32,000 nt of DNA, from positions 295,807-327,806 of the forward strand of contig CAVXKN010000014.1 in assembly GCA_963762385.1 (NCBI GenBank), read 5' to 3'. The notes below the pieces were generated by a model. The model had not been told where the DNA came from and did no database searches. It worked only from the letters and a program-made list of their open reading frames with translations. A program made the position numbers and the translations under genes. How positions within the stretch are numbered: the stretch's first letter is position 1; every line of letters begins with the position of its first letter. Source of the DNA: an uncultured Acidobacteriota bacterium (GTDB taxonomy: Bacteria > Acidobacteriota > Terriglobia > Terriglobales > Acidobacteriaceae). Below are positions 1-8,850 of the stretch, piece by piece.

Positions 1-1412
1 GCACGCTGGTAGCGCTGACCCTCGGCGTGGTGATTGCCTACACCACGGCGAAGTCCATCACCTCGTCGCTTAACGACCTTATGCGGATCGCGCGGCAGAT
101 CGCGGACGCTGGCGATCTGGATCATGAAATCGACATCCACCGCAGCGATGAAATCGGAGAACTGGCTCGAACTTTCTCCAACATGGTCACCTACCTGAGA
201 GAAATGGCTTCGGTTTCAGAAGCCATCGCGGGCGGGAATCTGGGCGTCGACGTCCAGCCACGATCCAAGAACGACACGCTGGGTAAAGCCTTCGCCCGCA
301 TGATCGAAGGCTTGAGAAAGCTCGTTCGTAACGGGCGCGACGCCGCGCAGCAGGTGGCCAGCGCTTCCAATCAGGTGGCGGGCGCGTCCGACGAATCCGC
401 CAAGATCAGCCTGCAAACTTCTTCGGCCATCGATGAAGTCACCAGCACCATGCACGAAATGAGCGTCAACGTGCAGAACATGGTGAAGAGCACCAAGGTG
501 CAAGCGTCCAGCGTCAGCGAAACCTCCGCGTCCATCGATCAAATGGTGGCTTCGATCCAGCGTGTGGCGGATACCGCCAAGGTTCTGCTCGACATCTCCA
601 ACCGCTCGCGCGAAGAAGTTCACAACGGCATCGCGACCATGGAGAAAGCCACCGATGGCCTGAATCGCATCAACACGACGATTCAATCGTCCGGCGAGAT
701 CATCGACGTGCTGGGCCAACGAGCCGATGACATCGGCAAGATCATTGAAGTCATCGACGATCTTGCCGAACAAACCAACTTGCTCGCCCTGAACGCCGCC
801 ATCGAAGCGGCACGGGCCGGCGAGCATGGATTAGGTTTCGCAGTGGTCGCTGATGAAGTCAGAAAGCTGGCAGAAAAGTCGGCACAATCCACGAAAGAAA
901 TTTCCGAACTCATCCAAAGCATTCAGAAAGAATCTCGCAAGGCAGTCGAGAACATGAACCGCAGCACCGCCATCGTGAACGAAGGCCTCGGACACGGAGA
1001 AGAACTGAATACGGCATTGCGCAAGATCTCGAATGTAGTCACGGAAGTCTACAAATTCGCGCAGGAAATTGGCGCAGCCACCAACGAACAGTCGCATGGC
1101 TCTTCGCAGATCGCCCGCGCCACCACGCGCTTAAACGAGATCACCCACGAAATCAATTCGGCAGTCGAAGAGCAGGCCTCGGGTGCTCACGCAGTCGTGA
1201 AAGCGATGGAACGGATGCGCGAGTTGGTCCAGAACACCACCTCGGGTTCAACCGAACTGGCCGCCTCCGCCGAGCAGATGTCAAAAATGTCGCGCGATCT
1301 ACTCGACTCCATGGGCCGATTCATGTTGGAGCAGATGGATGCCGTGGCGTCACATCGCGAAGAGGGCGCCAGAGGCAGAACTTGGCAGGCCGCGGCGGGA
1401 TCGAATAGCTGA
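1..1412 (+). CDS. Methyl-accepting chemotaxis protein, 5'-truncated by the window edge (end of TM helix + HAMP + MCP signalling domain)
   Basis: The frame is open from base 3 (TLVALTLGVVIAY, hydrophobic), so the GTG at 27 is probably internal. HAMP-like 'DEIGELARTFSNMV'. Conserved MCP hairpin 'EQTNLLALNAAIEAARAGEHGLGFAVVADEVRKLAEKS'. First gene of a che operon. Confidence 0.9.
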   Translation, partial: TLVALTLGVVIAYTTAKSITSSLNDLMRIARQIADAGDLDHEIDIHRSDEIGELARTFSNMVTYLREMASVSEAIAGGNLGVDVQPRSKNDTLGKAFARMIEGLRKLVRNGRDAAQQVASASNQVAGASDESAKISLQTSSAIDEVTSTMHEMSVNVQNMVKSTKVQASSVSETSASIDQMVASIQRVADTAKVLLDISNRSREEVHNGIATMEKATDGLNRINTTIQSSGEIIDVLGQRADDIGKIIEVIDDLAEQTNLLALNAAIEAARAGEHGLGFAVVADEVRKLAEKSAQSTKEISELIQSIQKESRKAVENMNRSTAIVNEGLGHGEELNTALRKISNVVTEVYKFAQEIGAATNEQSHGSSQIARATTRLNEITHEINSAVEEQASGAHAVVKAMERMRELVQNTTSGSTELAASAEQMSKMSRDLLDSMGRFMLEQMDAVASHREEGARGRTWQAAAGSNS

Positions 1413-1430
1413 TCTCCAGGAATTTCAGGA

Positions 1431-1943
1431 ATGAATCGAGAGCTGCACATTGTCGGCTTCAAGGTGGGCCGTGAGACCTACGGCGTCCCTATCACTGCGC
1501 TTCGCGAGATCGTGCGGGTGCCCGAAATCACGGTCGTGCCCGACGCCCCGGACTACGTGGAGGGCGTCATCAATTTGCGCGGCAAGATCGTCTCCGTGCT
1601 CGACCTGCGCAAGCGGCTGGGGGAAATTACAGTCGCTCCCAGCAAGCGCAACCGAATCCTGGTGGTCGAACATCGGGGCCGGCTCTGCGGGCTGATCGTG
1701 GACTCCGCGTCCGATGTACTCAAGATTCCGACCGCGGACATCGATTCTTCTCCCACCGAGTTTGTGGACGGCGGATTGAACTGTGTGACCGGCCTGGGCA
1801 AGTACCAGGGCCGGTTGATCGTCTTGCTGGATATCGACAAAGTGCTGGAGTTCAGCGGAACCCGGTTGAAGAACGAAGCCCCCAAGAGTGCAGTTCAACC
1901 TGCTTCCGCGGAAAAGACACAGGTCGCTGCGGCCTCGAAATAG
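1431..1943 (+). CDS. cheW: Chemotaxis coupling protein CheW
   Basis: 170 aa. 'VGFKVGRETYGVPITALREIVRVPEITVVPDAPDYVEGVINLRGKIVSVLDLRKRLG' is a typical CheW-domain signature. Starts 18 nt after the MCP stop. Confidence 0.93.
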   Translation: MNRELHIVGFKVGRETYGVPITALREIVRVPEITVVPDAPDYVEGVINLRGKIVSVLDLRKRLGEITVAPSKRNRILVVEHRGRLCGLIVDSASDVLKIPTADIDSSPTEFVDGGLNCVTGLGKYQGRLIVLLDIDKVLEFSGTRLKNEAPKSAVQPASAEKTQVAAASK

Positions 1944-1971
1944 CAGCAAGCTGAGGTGACATAAAAAACGC

Positions 1972-2877
1972 ATGGGAACTGCAGGCGTACAAGCGGCACT
2001 CACCGAACCCGAACTAAAACTCTTGCAGGCGCTGGTCTATCACGAGTGCGGAATGCACTTCGATTCCCGCCGCGCCGACTTCCTGCAGGACCGCCTGCAG
2101 CGGCGCCTCAAAGAATGCAAGTTGGACTCGTTTTACAGTTACTATCGTCTGCTCATCAGCAACGAAGGCAAAGAAGAGTTAAGCAAGCTCCTGGAAAATC
2201 TCACGGTCAACGAGACCAGCTTCTTCCGCAACAAGGCGCAACTCGATCTGTTCCACAAACACGTGCTCGACGATATCCTTCGCCGCAAGCAGCAGCAAAA
2301 AGATTTTTCGTTGCGCCTGTGGAGCGCCGGATGTTCGACCGGCCAGGAAGCCTACACCATGGCGATGCAGGTTGCCGACGCACTCTCCTACCACGCTCTG
2401 CGTAACCCTTCGAGCTACGACACGCCATTTCCAAAACCTCTGATCCCTCCGCCCTGGAAGCTGGAAATTCTCGCCAGCGATATCAGCTATTCGGTTCTGC
2501 GCGCGGGCCAGGAAGGCACTTACTCGGAGAGTCAAATGTCTTCGGTCGACTACAGCTTCCGGCTTCGTCATTTCGACAAAGTTGGAGACCGCTATGCCGT
2601 CAAGAAGGCGCTCAAAGAGCTGGTTCATTTCGATTTTCACAACTTGAAAACCGAATATCTGCCGCAGCGCAACGACGTAATTTTTTGCCGCAACGTCATG
2701 ATGTATTTCGATGAAGCTGAGCAGAGGCGTCTGGTGGAGAAATTTTTCCGCTGCCTGAATCCCGGCGGATATTTGTTCGTGGGCCATGCCGAAAGCCTGC
2801 TGGGGCTGACCGACAAATTCAACATGATCTACCGCGATACCGGCACCGCATACCAGAAGATCGAGGTGGCCTCGTGA
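1972..2877 (+). CDS. cheR: Chemotaxis protein methyltransferase CheR
   Basis: 301 aa. SAM-binding signature 'LRLWSAGCSTGQEAYTMAM' and 'IFCRNVMMYFD'. The stop overlaps the cheA start (GTGA, 2874-2877). Confidence 0.93.
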   Translation: MGTAGVQAALTEPELKLLQALVYHECGMHFDSRRADFLQDRLQRRLKECKLDSFYSYYRLLISNEGKEELSKLLENLTVNETSFFRNKAQLDLFHKHVLDDILRRKQQQKDFSLRLWSAGCSTGQEAYTMAMQVADALSYHALRNPSSYDTPFPKPLIPPPWKLEILASDISYSVLRAGQEGTYSESQMSSVDYSFRLRHFDKVGDRYAVKKALKELVHFDFHNLKTEYLPQRNDVIFCRNVMMYFDEAEQRRLVEKFFRCLNPGGYLFVGHAESLLGLTDKFNMIYRDTGTAYQKIEVAS

Positions 2878-5099
2878 GCCAGTTCCCCGACGAGCGCGCG
2901 GCGGAATTGAAGGAGCTCTTCTTTGAGACGGCGCAGGAATTGCTCCAGTCGCTCAACGAAGAGACCTTGAAGCTCGAAAAGCAACCCGGGGATCTTGAGC
3001 CCGTGCGCACCATCCGCCGAATCGTGCACACCTTGAAGGGCGACTCGGCCGCGGTCGGTTACCACGAACTCAGCGAACTGGCGCATGAATTCGAAGATGC
3101 TTTGGCCCTCGAAACAGCCACTGCTCCCGCTGCCCTCGCGGAAGTAGCTTTCGCCGCGGCGGATACGTTCGGCGCGATGTTGACTTCCTATCGCGAGGGA
3201 GCGAAGTTGGCCTCAGCCGAGCCGGTACGGAAGATGATCCGCAAAATGGCGCGAGATCCGAAGACGCGCAAACCGCGTAGCCCGAAAGCTCCAACGGCCA
3301 CTGCTCCCGAAATCGTCTGGACGGAGTATGAAAAGCTCGCCACGCAGGACGCGCTGAAACAGGGAAAGCCGGTGTACCACGTGGTCGCGCAGATCGATCC
3401 CAATTGCGCCATGCCCATCGCCGCCCAGCAGTTGGTACTGAAGGCGCTGGCGGAGAATGGAGAAGTGCTCGGAACCCGCCCAGAAGCGGGATCCACCAAG
3501 AACGCCATGCAATTCCAGTTGCTGCTGGCGAGCGATCAGACAGCGGAATTTCTCAGCGCAAAATGCCGCATCCCGACTGTTATCTCTCAAGTCAACATCC
3601 AAAGCGTTGGAACTCCGGCGCAGAAAATAATTCAGAAAGTCGACCGTGCTGCAAGAACTCCAGCAATCGATACCCCAGCCTCAGCCGGAACGTCCGAGGA
3701 ACAAATCTCGGCTAAACAGATTGCACCTGAGCCGGTCGCCGCGGAACCAGTCGCGGAAATCGAAACCGTCCTGGCCTCATCTCCCGAACGCGAGGCCGCC
3801 GTCAAACCGAATCCCGCGCCCGCGGAAAATGTCTTGCGCGTGGACGCCGAGCGCATCGACACCGTGCTCAATCTGGTGGGTGAACTGATCATCGGAAAAT
3901 CCATGCTGCAGCAGGTGCTCAACGAATTCGCCATGCGCTATCCCAAGGAAGCCATGCGCAGCCGCTTCGCCGATGCCATGGCATTTCAATCAAGGGTATT
4001 GAACGATTTGCAGCGGTCGGTGATGAAGGTCCGCATGGTACCGGTCGAGCAATTGTTCCGCCGCTTTCCCCGTATGATTCGCGACGTTGCCAGGCAGTGC
4101 GACAAGCAGGTTGAATTGGTTCTGAATGGACAAGATACCGCCCTCGACAAAAGCCTCTTGGATGCCATCGCCGAACCGCTAACCCACCTGGTGCGCAACG
4201 CAATTGGACATGGCATCGAAAGCGCCGAAGAACGCGTTCGCGGCGGCAAGCGTCCCCAGGGCACCATTCGTCTCGAGGCCTACCATCAAGGCAATCAGGT
4301 CATTGTGGAAATCAGTGACGATGGCCGCGGCATCGATTCGCAAAAGGTCAAAACGCGCGCCATTGAACGCGGTCTTCTGAAGCGCGAAGATGCCAGTCGG
4401 CTCGGCGAAGCCGACATTCTGGACTTCATCTTCCGCCCCGGATTCAGCACCGCGGATGAGATTACCGAAATCTCCGGGCGCGGCGTCGGCCTGGATGTGG
4501 TGCAAAGTGTTTTGCATCGCCTCAAAGGCACGGTGCATGTGGTGAGCCGCCCCGGGCAGGGCTCCACCTTCCGCTTGCAGTTGCCTTTGACTCTCGCCAT
4601 CATCAAAGCCCTGCTGTTTCGCGTAGAGCAACGTCTGTATGCCATTCCGCTAAACGCGGTGGCTGAGATCGCCCGCGCCCATGAGTCCGAAATCCATCGC
4701 GTCGACAACTGCGAAGTTTTGCAGCTGCGCAACCACGTTTTGCCCGTGGCTCGCCTGGGGCGTCCGCCAGAAGACCGGACCGACGGACGAGCGCAAAAAG
4801 TCTTCGTGCTGGTGATCGCCATCGGCGAACGCAAACTTGGGTTGCTGGTAAATGGGATCGAGGGCGAAGAAGAATTGGTCATCAAAGCCCTGGACGAACA
4901 GACCGCGGAGACCGATCTGGTCAGCGGCGCCTCAATCCTTGGCAGCGGCCACGTCGTGCTCATTCTAAATCTCGCCGCCATCGTCGAACGCTTTGCAACG
5001 TCGCGGCCCGATACGGTTGGCGGTGCTGGCATGGGCCTGCTTCTATCCCACTCCGAGCGCGCGCGGGTTCCAGAAGTCGCAATGGGAGGCCAGGCATGA
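2874..5099 (+). CDS. cheA: Chemotaxis histidine kinase CheA (Hpt P1, P2-like, P3, HATPase P4, CheW-like P5)
   Basis: 741 aa. Hpt motif 'VHTLKGDSAAVG'. Dimerisation and N-box region 'RVDAERIDTVLNLVGELII...LTHLVRNAIGHGIE'. G-boxes 'DDGRGID' and 'GRGVGLDVV'. C-terminal CheW-like domain 'LFRVEQRLYAIPLNAV'. Confidence 0.95.
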   Translation: MSQFPDERAAELKELFFETAQELLQSLNEETLKLEKQPGDLEPVRTIRRIVHTLKGDSAAVGYHELSELAHEFEDALALETATAPAALAEVAFAAADTFGAMLTSYREGAKLASAEPVRKMIRKMARDPKTRKPRSPKAPTATAPEIVWTEYEKLATQDALKQGKPVYHVVAQIDPNCAMPIAAQQLVLKALAENGEVLGTRPEAGSTKNAMQFQLLLASDQTAEFLSAKCRIPTVISQVNIQSVGTPAQKIIQKVDRAARTPAIDTPASAGTSEEQISAKQIAPEPVAAEPVAEIETVLASSPEREAAVKPNPAPAENVLRVDAERIDTVLNLVGELIIGKSMLQQVLNEFAMRYPKEAMRSRFADAMAFQSRVLNDLQRSVMKVRMVPVEQLFRRFPRMIRDVARQCDKQVELVLNGQDTALDKSLLDAIAEPLTHLVRNAIGHGIESAEERVRGGKRPQGTIRLEAYHQGNQVIVEISDDGRGIDSQKVKTRAIERGLLKREDASRLGEADILDFIFRPGFSTADEITEISGRGVGLDVVQSVLHRLKGTVHVVSRPGQGSTFRLQLPLTLAIIKALLFRVEQRLYAIPLNAVAEIARAHESEIHRVDNCEVLQLRNHVLPVARLGRPPEDRTDGRAQKVFVLVIAIGERKLGLLVNGIEGEEELVIKALDEQTAETDLVSGASILGSGHVVLILNLAAIVERFATSRPDTVGGAGMGLLLSHSERARVPEVAMGGQA

Positions 5100-6202
5100 C
5101 CTCTCCTGTGCGCGTGTTGGTGGTGGACGATTCCGCGCTGATGCGCAAGCTGATTCCGCAAATCCTGCAAACTGACAGCTCCATACAAGTTGTCGGCACC
5201 GCCATGGATGGGAATTTCGGTCTGAAAAAGATCGAAGAAATGAAACCCCAAGTCATTACCCTTGATCTCGACATGCCGGGCATGAGCGGCCTGGATATGC
5301 TGAAAGAGATCATGCTCCGCCACCCGCTGCCGGTCATCGTGGTAAGTTCCCACAGCACTCAGGGAGCGTCGGTGACGCTGCAGGCACTGTCCATGGGTGC
5401 GTTCGATTTCGTGGCCAAGCCGGGCGATGTTTCAGCCAACATGCCGGAGATCGCGCGTGAGCTCATCGCCAAAATCAAGGCCGCTGCCCACAGCCGGCGA
5501 GTCACCATCTCAGCTCCGCTCGAATCTCCGAATCCCTCCCCCAAACTGAAACCCGATACCCAGACGCGAGCCACCCGCATCGTGGCGATTGGAGTTTCCA
5601 CCGGCGGACCGCAAGCGCTGCAATATGTGTTGCCGCAGCTGCCCAAGAATTTTCCCGGAACCATCCTGATCGTGCAGCACATGCCCGAAGGATTCACCGA
5701 AATGTTTTCCCGGCGATTGGAAGAAATCTGCGCCATCACAGTCAAGGAAGCACAATCGGGAGATTTGCTGCTGGCCGGACGAGCCCTCATCTGCCCGGGA
5801 AACCGGCACCTCAAAGTGAAACGCCTGGCCCTTGGCGACGTCGCCGTGCTCAGCGACGAACCACGGGTCAACGGGCACCGTCCCTCGGTGGATGTGCTGT
5901 TCAAGAGTGTCGCCGAGGAATTCGGCGAAAAGGGTATTGCCGTGCTCATGACCGGCATGGGTGAGGACGGGGCGCAGGGACTGGGCTTGGTGAAAGCTGC
6001 CGGCGGCATGACCATCGCTCAGAGCGAGGAATCTTGTGTGGTCTTTGGTATGCCAAAGGCCGCCATCGAGCGCGGCTATGCCGTGCGGGTGATCGCGCTC
6101 GAGGCGCTCGCCAACACTTTGCAGGCGCAGTGCATGCAGGACCGAAAGACCGGTGCCAAAGCAGAAGACAGCGGCAAAGCCGCCGGAGTCGGCAGAATCT
6201 GA
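5096..6202 (+). CDS. cheB: Protein-glutamate methylesterase/response regulator CheB
   Basis: 368 aa. N-terminal receiver 'VRVLVVDDSALMRKL...ITLDLDMPGMSG'. Esterase motifs 'IVAIGVSTGGPQAL' and 'GMGEDGAQG'. ATGA overlap with the cheA stop. Confidence 0.94.
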   Translation: MTSPVRVLVVDDSALMRKLIPQILQTDSSIQVVGTAMDGNFGLKKIEEMKPQVITLDLDMPGMSGLDMLKEIMLRHPLPVIVVSSHSTQGASVTLQALSMGAFDFVAKPGDVSANMPEIARELIAKIKAAAHSRRVTISAPLESPNPSPKLKPDTQTRATRIVAIGVSTGGPQALQYVLPQLPKNFPGTILIVQHMPEGFTEMFSRRLEEICAITVKEAQSGDLLLAGRALICPGNRHLKVKRLALGDVAVLSDEPRVNGHRPSVDVLFKSVAEEFGEKGIAVLMTGMGEDGAQGLGLVKAAGGMTIAQSEESCVVFGMPKAAIERGYAVRVIALEALANTLQAQCMQDRKTGAKAEDSGKAAGVGRI

Positions 6203-6259
6203 TTTTATCCGGCAAGCAAGAACGTGATGCCGGAATTTGAAGCGGCGGGGAGGTTGTAT

Positions 6260-6700
6260 ATGGAGCAGTTCGCAGCAGTGAAACGCAGCAAAGACGGTCA
6301 GCCAGTCCGCTACCTGGTGGTGGACGATTCCGTCTTCGCGCGCAAGAACCTGGCTCGGATGATCGAAACATTCGGCGGTCAGGTCGCAGGCGAAGCCGGA
6401 GACGGCGTGACCGCCATAACCGAATATGAGCGCCTCAAGCCCGATATCGTGCTCATGGACATCACCATGCCCCAAATGGAGGGCATCGAGGCTGCCGAGA
6501 AAATCGTGCAGCAACACCCCGAAGCGCGCGTGGTCATGGTGTCTTCTGTCGGCTATCAGGAAAACATCGTGGCCGCGCTGCAACGCGGGGCGCGTCATTT
6601 CGTACAGAAACCGGTGAAACCGGAGGTCTTGTACGAAGTGATCAAGTACGTCATGGGTGAGGATGGCACTGCGGGTCAAGCCGCGGGCGCGGGGGCCTGA
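6260..6700 (+). CDS. cheY: CheY-like single-domain response regulator
   Basis: Receiver motifs 'RYLVVDDSVFARKNL', 'DIVLMDITMPQMEG' and 'FVQKP'. I prefer the ATG at 6260 because GGGGAGG (6247-6253) lies 6 nt upstream. The ORF track's longer form starts at 6224. Confidence 0.88.
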   Translation: MEQFAAVKRSKDGQPVRYLVVDDSVFARKNLARMIETFGGQVAGEAGDGVTAITEYERLKPDIVLMDITMPQMEGIEAAEKIVQQHPEARVVMVSSVGYQENIVAALQRGARHFVQKPVKPEVLYEVIKYVMGEDGTAGQAAGAGA

Positions 6701-6741
6701 AATGAAAATGGAGTTGATTCAGCCTTTCATCAACGCGGCCG

Positions 6742-7203
6742 ATGCCGTGTTGGCGCAGGGACTTGCAATGTCGTACGTCGGTCGCCAACCTCAGCATGGA
6801 CCAGGAGGCCTATCGCCGCAAAGGCGTCGCGGCGCTGATCTGGGTCACCGGGGACATCGAAGGACGCATCGTCATCGATCTCGACCCGCAGACCGCGGTG
6901 CGCGTAGCCAGCAAGTTCGCTGGAACCGAACTGCCAGAATCGGACGACCTGGTACGTGAAACCGTCTGCGAATTAGCCAACCAGGTAATTGGCAACGCAG
7001 TCACATCGCTCAACGATCAGGGATTCCATTTTCGCGTGCATCCGCCCGTACTTCACACCTCCGAGCACGGCCCGAAAAGCAGTGAAGACACCGAGGCGCT
7101 CGTTATCTGCTTCGAAACTCCGGTTGGCAATGTGTTCCTGAACATCGCCTTGCGGCATAATTCTTCACGGCAGCCCGAACGGGCAGCCGTAGTGGGACAA
7201 TAA
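6742..7203 (+). CDS. cheX: CheX/CheC-family CheY-P phosphatase-like protein; reading frame apparently split (N-terminal helix encoded in another frame from ATG 6702)
   Basis: 'GVAALIWVTGDIEGRIVIDL' plus an ExxN...P motif ('CELANQVIGNAVTSLNDQGFHFRVHPP') typical of the CheC/CheX/FliY family. Last gene of the che operon. The frame starting at 6702 encodes MKMELIQPFINAADAVLAQGL, a CheX-like N-terminus. See findings. Confidence 0.75.
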   Translation: MPCWRRDLQCRTSVANLSMDQEAYRRKGVAALIWVTGDIEGRIVIDLDPQTAVRVASKFAGTELPESDDLVRETVCELANQVIGNAVTSLNDQGFHFRVHPPVLHTSEHGPKSSEDTEALVICFETPVGNVFLNIALRHNSSRQPERAAVVGQ

Positions 7204-7252
7204 CATCAGGAGTTGGATTTCGATTACCCAAGGAAACAACGAGATTAAGAAT

Positions 7253-8527
7253 CTACGGCCCAGCCACGACAAACACCGGATTCTGCGGCAGCGGACTCCC
7301 ATTCGATGAGAACGAAGCGCTCAGAGGAGCCGGCATTTGCACCACCAACGCATCGCTCAGGGTCTGAATAATTGCTACATTCCCCGCATCGCAATTCCCC
7401 ACATAAACTCTCGTACTGTCCGCAGACGTCGCGATGGACAATTCGGATGGGTTCGAAGCACATACCTTTGGCACCGTGGTGATGGGAATCGTGCTTGAGA
7501 CGCTGCCGCTCAAGGCGTTGATGACCGTAACGCTCGAGGTCACATTTCCGCCATTGACAGAGGCGCTCGATACATAGGCCCGGCTGCCGTCGAGCAGAGC
7601 CGCCACCGATATCGGATTCGCCACCGAAATCACCACAGGTGAGAGCGCATCGCTCGACGCATCCAGATAGGTCACCGTATTCTTTGCCGGGTTCGCTACA
7701 TAGAGGCGATTTCGCGTCGGATCATAGGCCATAAAGTTCGCGCCCACCCCGACCGAAACGCTATTGACCACGGCATTGGCAGCAGTATCAATCGCCGAAA
7801 CCAACCCGCTGCCTTGGTCCAGCGCGTAGACTCGATTGCTGTCCGATCGCGACAAAACCGACACCGGCGAAATCCAGGTAGCGTTCGTGATCGGCGGGTT
7901 CACCGTCCGGTCGACCGGGTTAATGCTGGTCACGGAACCACCACTGCCGCCATTGCCCTGATTCGCGCTGTAGAGATATTGCTGGTTTGGGGTTTCGGCC
8001 AGTGCCACGGGATTAAGACCGACCGGCACCCCAGACAAAGGCACCTCGATCACATTACTGGTCGTGTCGATCGCAAGAACCGTATTGCTGCCTGCGTTCG
8101 CGACGTAAAGCGTAGCGCCTTCGGTCGTGGCTGCGAAGCTCGGCTTCGAACCTGCGGGCAAACTGATCGTCGTTACCGGCACAGCCGTGGAAGGCGAAAA
8201 CGTAGAAACTGTGTCGTCCCCGCTGTTGACAACGTAGACGCTCGTGCCATTTCGCACCAGGGCAGCCTGCACCGGCATCAGACCTAAGGTGGATTGAGAC
8301 ACAGCCGTATCACCGGAAACGTCAATCGATGTGCTCGCGCCCGGATGAGCAGAACCATTGCCACTGATCACCACCACCAAATGAGAAAAACCAGGGCTGG
8401 GTGGGAGCGGCGGGATCGGAGTCGCCACAGGACGGTACGTTTCCCCGCAACTGATACAAATCAACATGAGAACCAGAACAGCCGCCGTGCGCACCCCAGT
8501 CATCGACACCCCAGCCACAAAATCCAT
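7253..8527 (-). CDS. Secreted lipoprotein with YVTN-type beta-propeller repeats
   Basis: 424 aa. Signal peptide with lipobox 'LMLICISCG'. Roughly 40-aa repeats: 'VYVVNSGDDTVSTF', 'LYVANAGSNTVLAIDT', 'VYALDQGSGLVSAIDT', 'LYVANPAKNTVTYLD', 'VYVGNCDAGNVAIIQ'. The start could instead be the ATG at 8503. Confidence 0.85.
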   Translation of the reverse strand: MDFVAGVSMTGVRTAAVLVLMLICISCGETYRPVATPIPPLPPSPGFSHLVVVISGNGSAHPGASTSIDVSGDTAVSQSTLGLMPVQAALVRNGTSVYVVNSGDDTVSTFSPSTAVPVTTISLPAGSKPSFAATTEGATLYVANAGSNTVLAIDTTSNVIEVPLSGVPVGLNPVALAETPNQQYLYSANQGNGGSGGSVTSINPVDRTVNPPITNATWISPVSVLSRSDSNRVYALDQGSGLVSAIDTAANAVVNSVSVGVGANFMAYDPTRNRLYVANPAKNTVTYLDASSDALSPVVISVANPISVAALLDGSRAYVSSASVNGGNVTSSVTVINALSGSVSSTIPITTVPKVCASNPSELSIATSADSTRVYVGNCDAGNVAIIQTLSDALVVQMPAPLSASFSSNGSPLPQNPVFVVAGP

Positions 8528-8850
8528 CTCTGCATAGAATTCCGGAAGAGTTTTCTATTCTAACGGCTGACCGCGTTCCGCGCCAGAGACGCAGATGCAG
8601 AACCTCGCAGGTCTCTCGATTTTCCAAGTGATGCGGTCATGGCGGCGTTGGGTTGGACGGCGGCATCGAATTGCTCAGCCTTGGGTCAATGGTCCGGTCC
8701 CCGACATTTGGAGAAGTTAGGGAGCCAACGGTTACGTCGCGAAGTCCCCCTCCTCAAGATTGAAAGCCTCGTGTCTGTGATTTGACATTTTTTTTACATA
8801 ATTCAGAAGAAAGATATGCTAGCCTTCCTTCCGCCCAGGAGGCGAATTGG

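Noticed and set aside
5510-6679. 389-aa ORF on the minus strand, antisense to cheB/cheY. Similar long antisense ORFs occur at 4295-5353, 216-827, 2179-2787, 10133-10933, 14363-15013, 14857-15525, 16315-17193, 21572-22315 and 27653-28321.
   Set aside because: All lie fully inside strongly supported genes on the other strand. Their translations are Arg/His/Gly/Ala-rich with no recognisable motifs. This is the usual stop-codon-poor shadow frame of GC-rich coding DNA.
8782-8850. TTG start at 8782 for the GloVer protein, and TTGACA at 8782-8787 as a -35 box
   Set aside because: The ATG at 8851 has a perfect AGGAGG 8 nt upstream and is followed directly by a signal peptide. No acceptable -10 hexamer lies 16-18 nt from the TTGACA (CATAAT is only 9 nt away).
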